From Luminiphilus sp. (GTDB lineage: Bacteria; Pseudomonadota; Gammaproteobacteria; Pseudomonadales; Halieaceae), in contig JAAXJC010000153.1 in assembly GCA_012270045.1 (NCBI GenBank), forward strand, positions 107,655-171,654: DNA of 64,000 nt. Reading direction: 5' to 3'. Each line of letters opens with the position of its first letter. Position 1 is the first letter of the stretch. The notes beneath the pieces were generated by a model. The model saw nothing but the letters and a program-made list of their open reading frames with translations. It searched no databases and was not told the origin of the DNA. A program made the translations under genes and the position numbers. Below are positions 63,282 to 64,000 of the stretch, piece by piece.

Positions 63282-63456
63282 TACACTTGAAGGCGATGCC
63301 GTGCACTATAGGTGCAGCTACCACAGCGGGTCAATGCATTGAAAAGTGATACATATCAGTATGCTGGCGCTGACACCGCAAAACCGATTGAGAAGTGTCG
63401 CCGGGGCAGGGAGCCCAGGTGCAGTGAACTGCCGATGCAGTGGAGGAGACGACCCG

Positions 63457-64000
63457 GTGCTGGATGCCCTTGGTGATTACGAAACAATGCCTGACTGGCA
63501 GGAATCTGCTGACGTGCTGCTGGGTGCAGGGCTGGCCCTGAACCCGTCCGAGTTGCACGGCGCGACCGCCGGCTTGCTGGCCGCAGGACGCACCCTGCAT
63601 GCCGACAGTGACCGGGACGGCGCGCTGGTGTTACTTGAGAAGGCGCTGGCGGTGGAGCTGCACGGAGAGTCCGCAGATTTCGTGGGGCGGCTGTTGAAGG
63701 CAACGCTGTCTGCGATAAGGGATACTGATTTTGCCTTCACCCCAATGCTGCCCGATGACGATGAACTGTTTGAGATACGACTCATGTCAGTGGGTAAATG
63801 GGCGGCGGGTTTTCTCACCGGATTTACCCAGGCCGTTGCCGCAGCGGACGCGGGTGGCGAGCCCGTAGATCCCAACACGGCGGAAGCGCTGAAGGATTTT
63901 GCAGCCATCGCCCAGATTGACAGCTCTGAGGAAGAGAGTGATGACGGTGATCGCGAGCTGGAGGAACTGGTGGAGTACCTGCGGATTGCCGCCCTCAATA
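63457..64000 (+). CDS. ygfB: UPF0149 family protein YgfB (3' end beyond window)
   Basis: Not in the track (open at the window edge). My translation VLDALGDYETMPDWQESADVLLGAGLALNPSELHGATAGLLAAG...ELEELVEYLRIAALN is colinear with E. coli YgfB. GTG 63457 has GGAGGAG 7 nt upstream (alternative ATG 63487). Confidence 0.75.
   Translation, partial: MLDALGDYETMPDWQESADVLLGAGLALNPSELHGATAGLLAAGRTLHADSDRDGALVLLEKALAVELHGESADFVGRLLKATLSAIRDTDFAFTPMLPDDDELFEIRLMSVGKWAAGFLTGFTQAVAAADAGGEPVDPNTAEALKDFAAIAQIDSSEEESDDGDRELEELVEYLRIAALN

Noticed and set aside
63347-63358. TGATAcaTATCA inverted repeat in the zapB-like/ygfB divergent spacer
   Set aside because: It is a 5+5 bp repeat only, which is within chance expectation, and it matches no operator consensus that I know.

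Overview
This is a 64-kb, gene-dense chromosomal core segment from a high-GC gammaproteobacterium. It holds about 70 CDS, most spacers are under 100 nt, and many neighbours overlap by 1-16 nt. Block by block, the gene order follows the arrangement I recall from Pseudomonas-type genomes: TRAP dctQM; yaaA; ubiA; recG; ridA-spoT-rpoZ-gmk-yicC; rph/crc/pyrE; slmA; argB-algC-like-coaBC; radC-rpmB-rpmG; mutM/coaD-rsmD; ftsYEX-rpoH; trmB/hemW-rdgB-DUF4426-metW-metX-yggT-proC-yggS; pilT-pilU; ruvX-yqgE-tonB-gshB; rsmE-metF-ahcY-metK-sahR; rpiA; fba-pgk-epd-tkt; ilvA; ygfA-ssrS-zapA; ygfB. I saw no rRNA, tRNA, CRISPR array, transposase, integrase, phage gene or recognisable defence/toxin gene. The ORF track misses rpmG (51 aa), 6S RNA (ssrS) and the two edge-truncated genes (a dctM-family permease at the 5' edge, ygfB at the 3' edge). 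I do not see a clear-cut novel multi-gene system. The most unusual items are: (1) the gene in the algC slot encodes a phosphohexomutase-fold protein whose catalytic phosphoserine loop is destroyed, fused to a two-TM sensor-like N-terminal module; (2) a perfect HrcA/CIRCE operator lies directly upstream of rpoH; (3) a SahR-type regulator is translationally coupled to a consolidated metK-ahcY-metF methyl-cycle operon, with a perfect 24-bp palindrome in its leader; (4) the only accessory-looking stretch (about 48.3-54.6 kb) carries a secreted hypothetical protein, a TonB-dependent receptor, a SAM methyltransferase and a TPR-sulfotransferase; (5) a CRP-consensus site sits upstream of a 43-codon membrane-peptide ORF; (6) convergent gene pairs recurrently share overlapping stop codons (TTAA/TTAG). 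All protein calls come from my own reading of the translated ORFs (motifs, recalled homologues, synteny), not from database searches. Many starts are GTG or TTG, so start coordinates are approximate.
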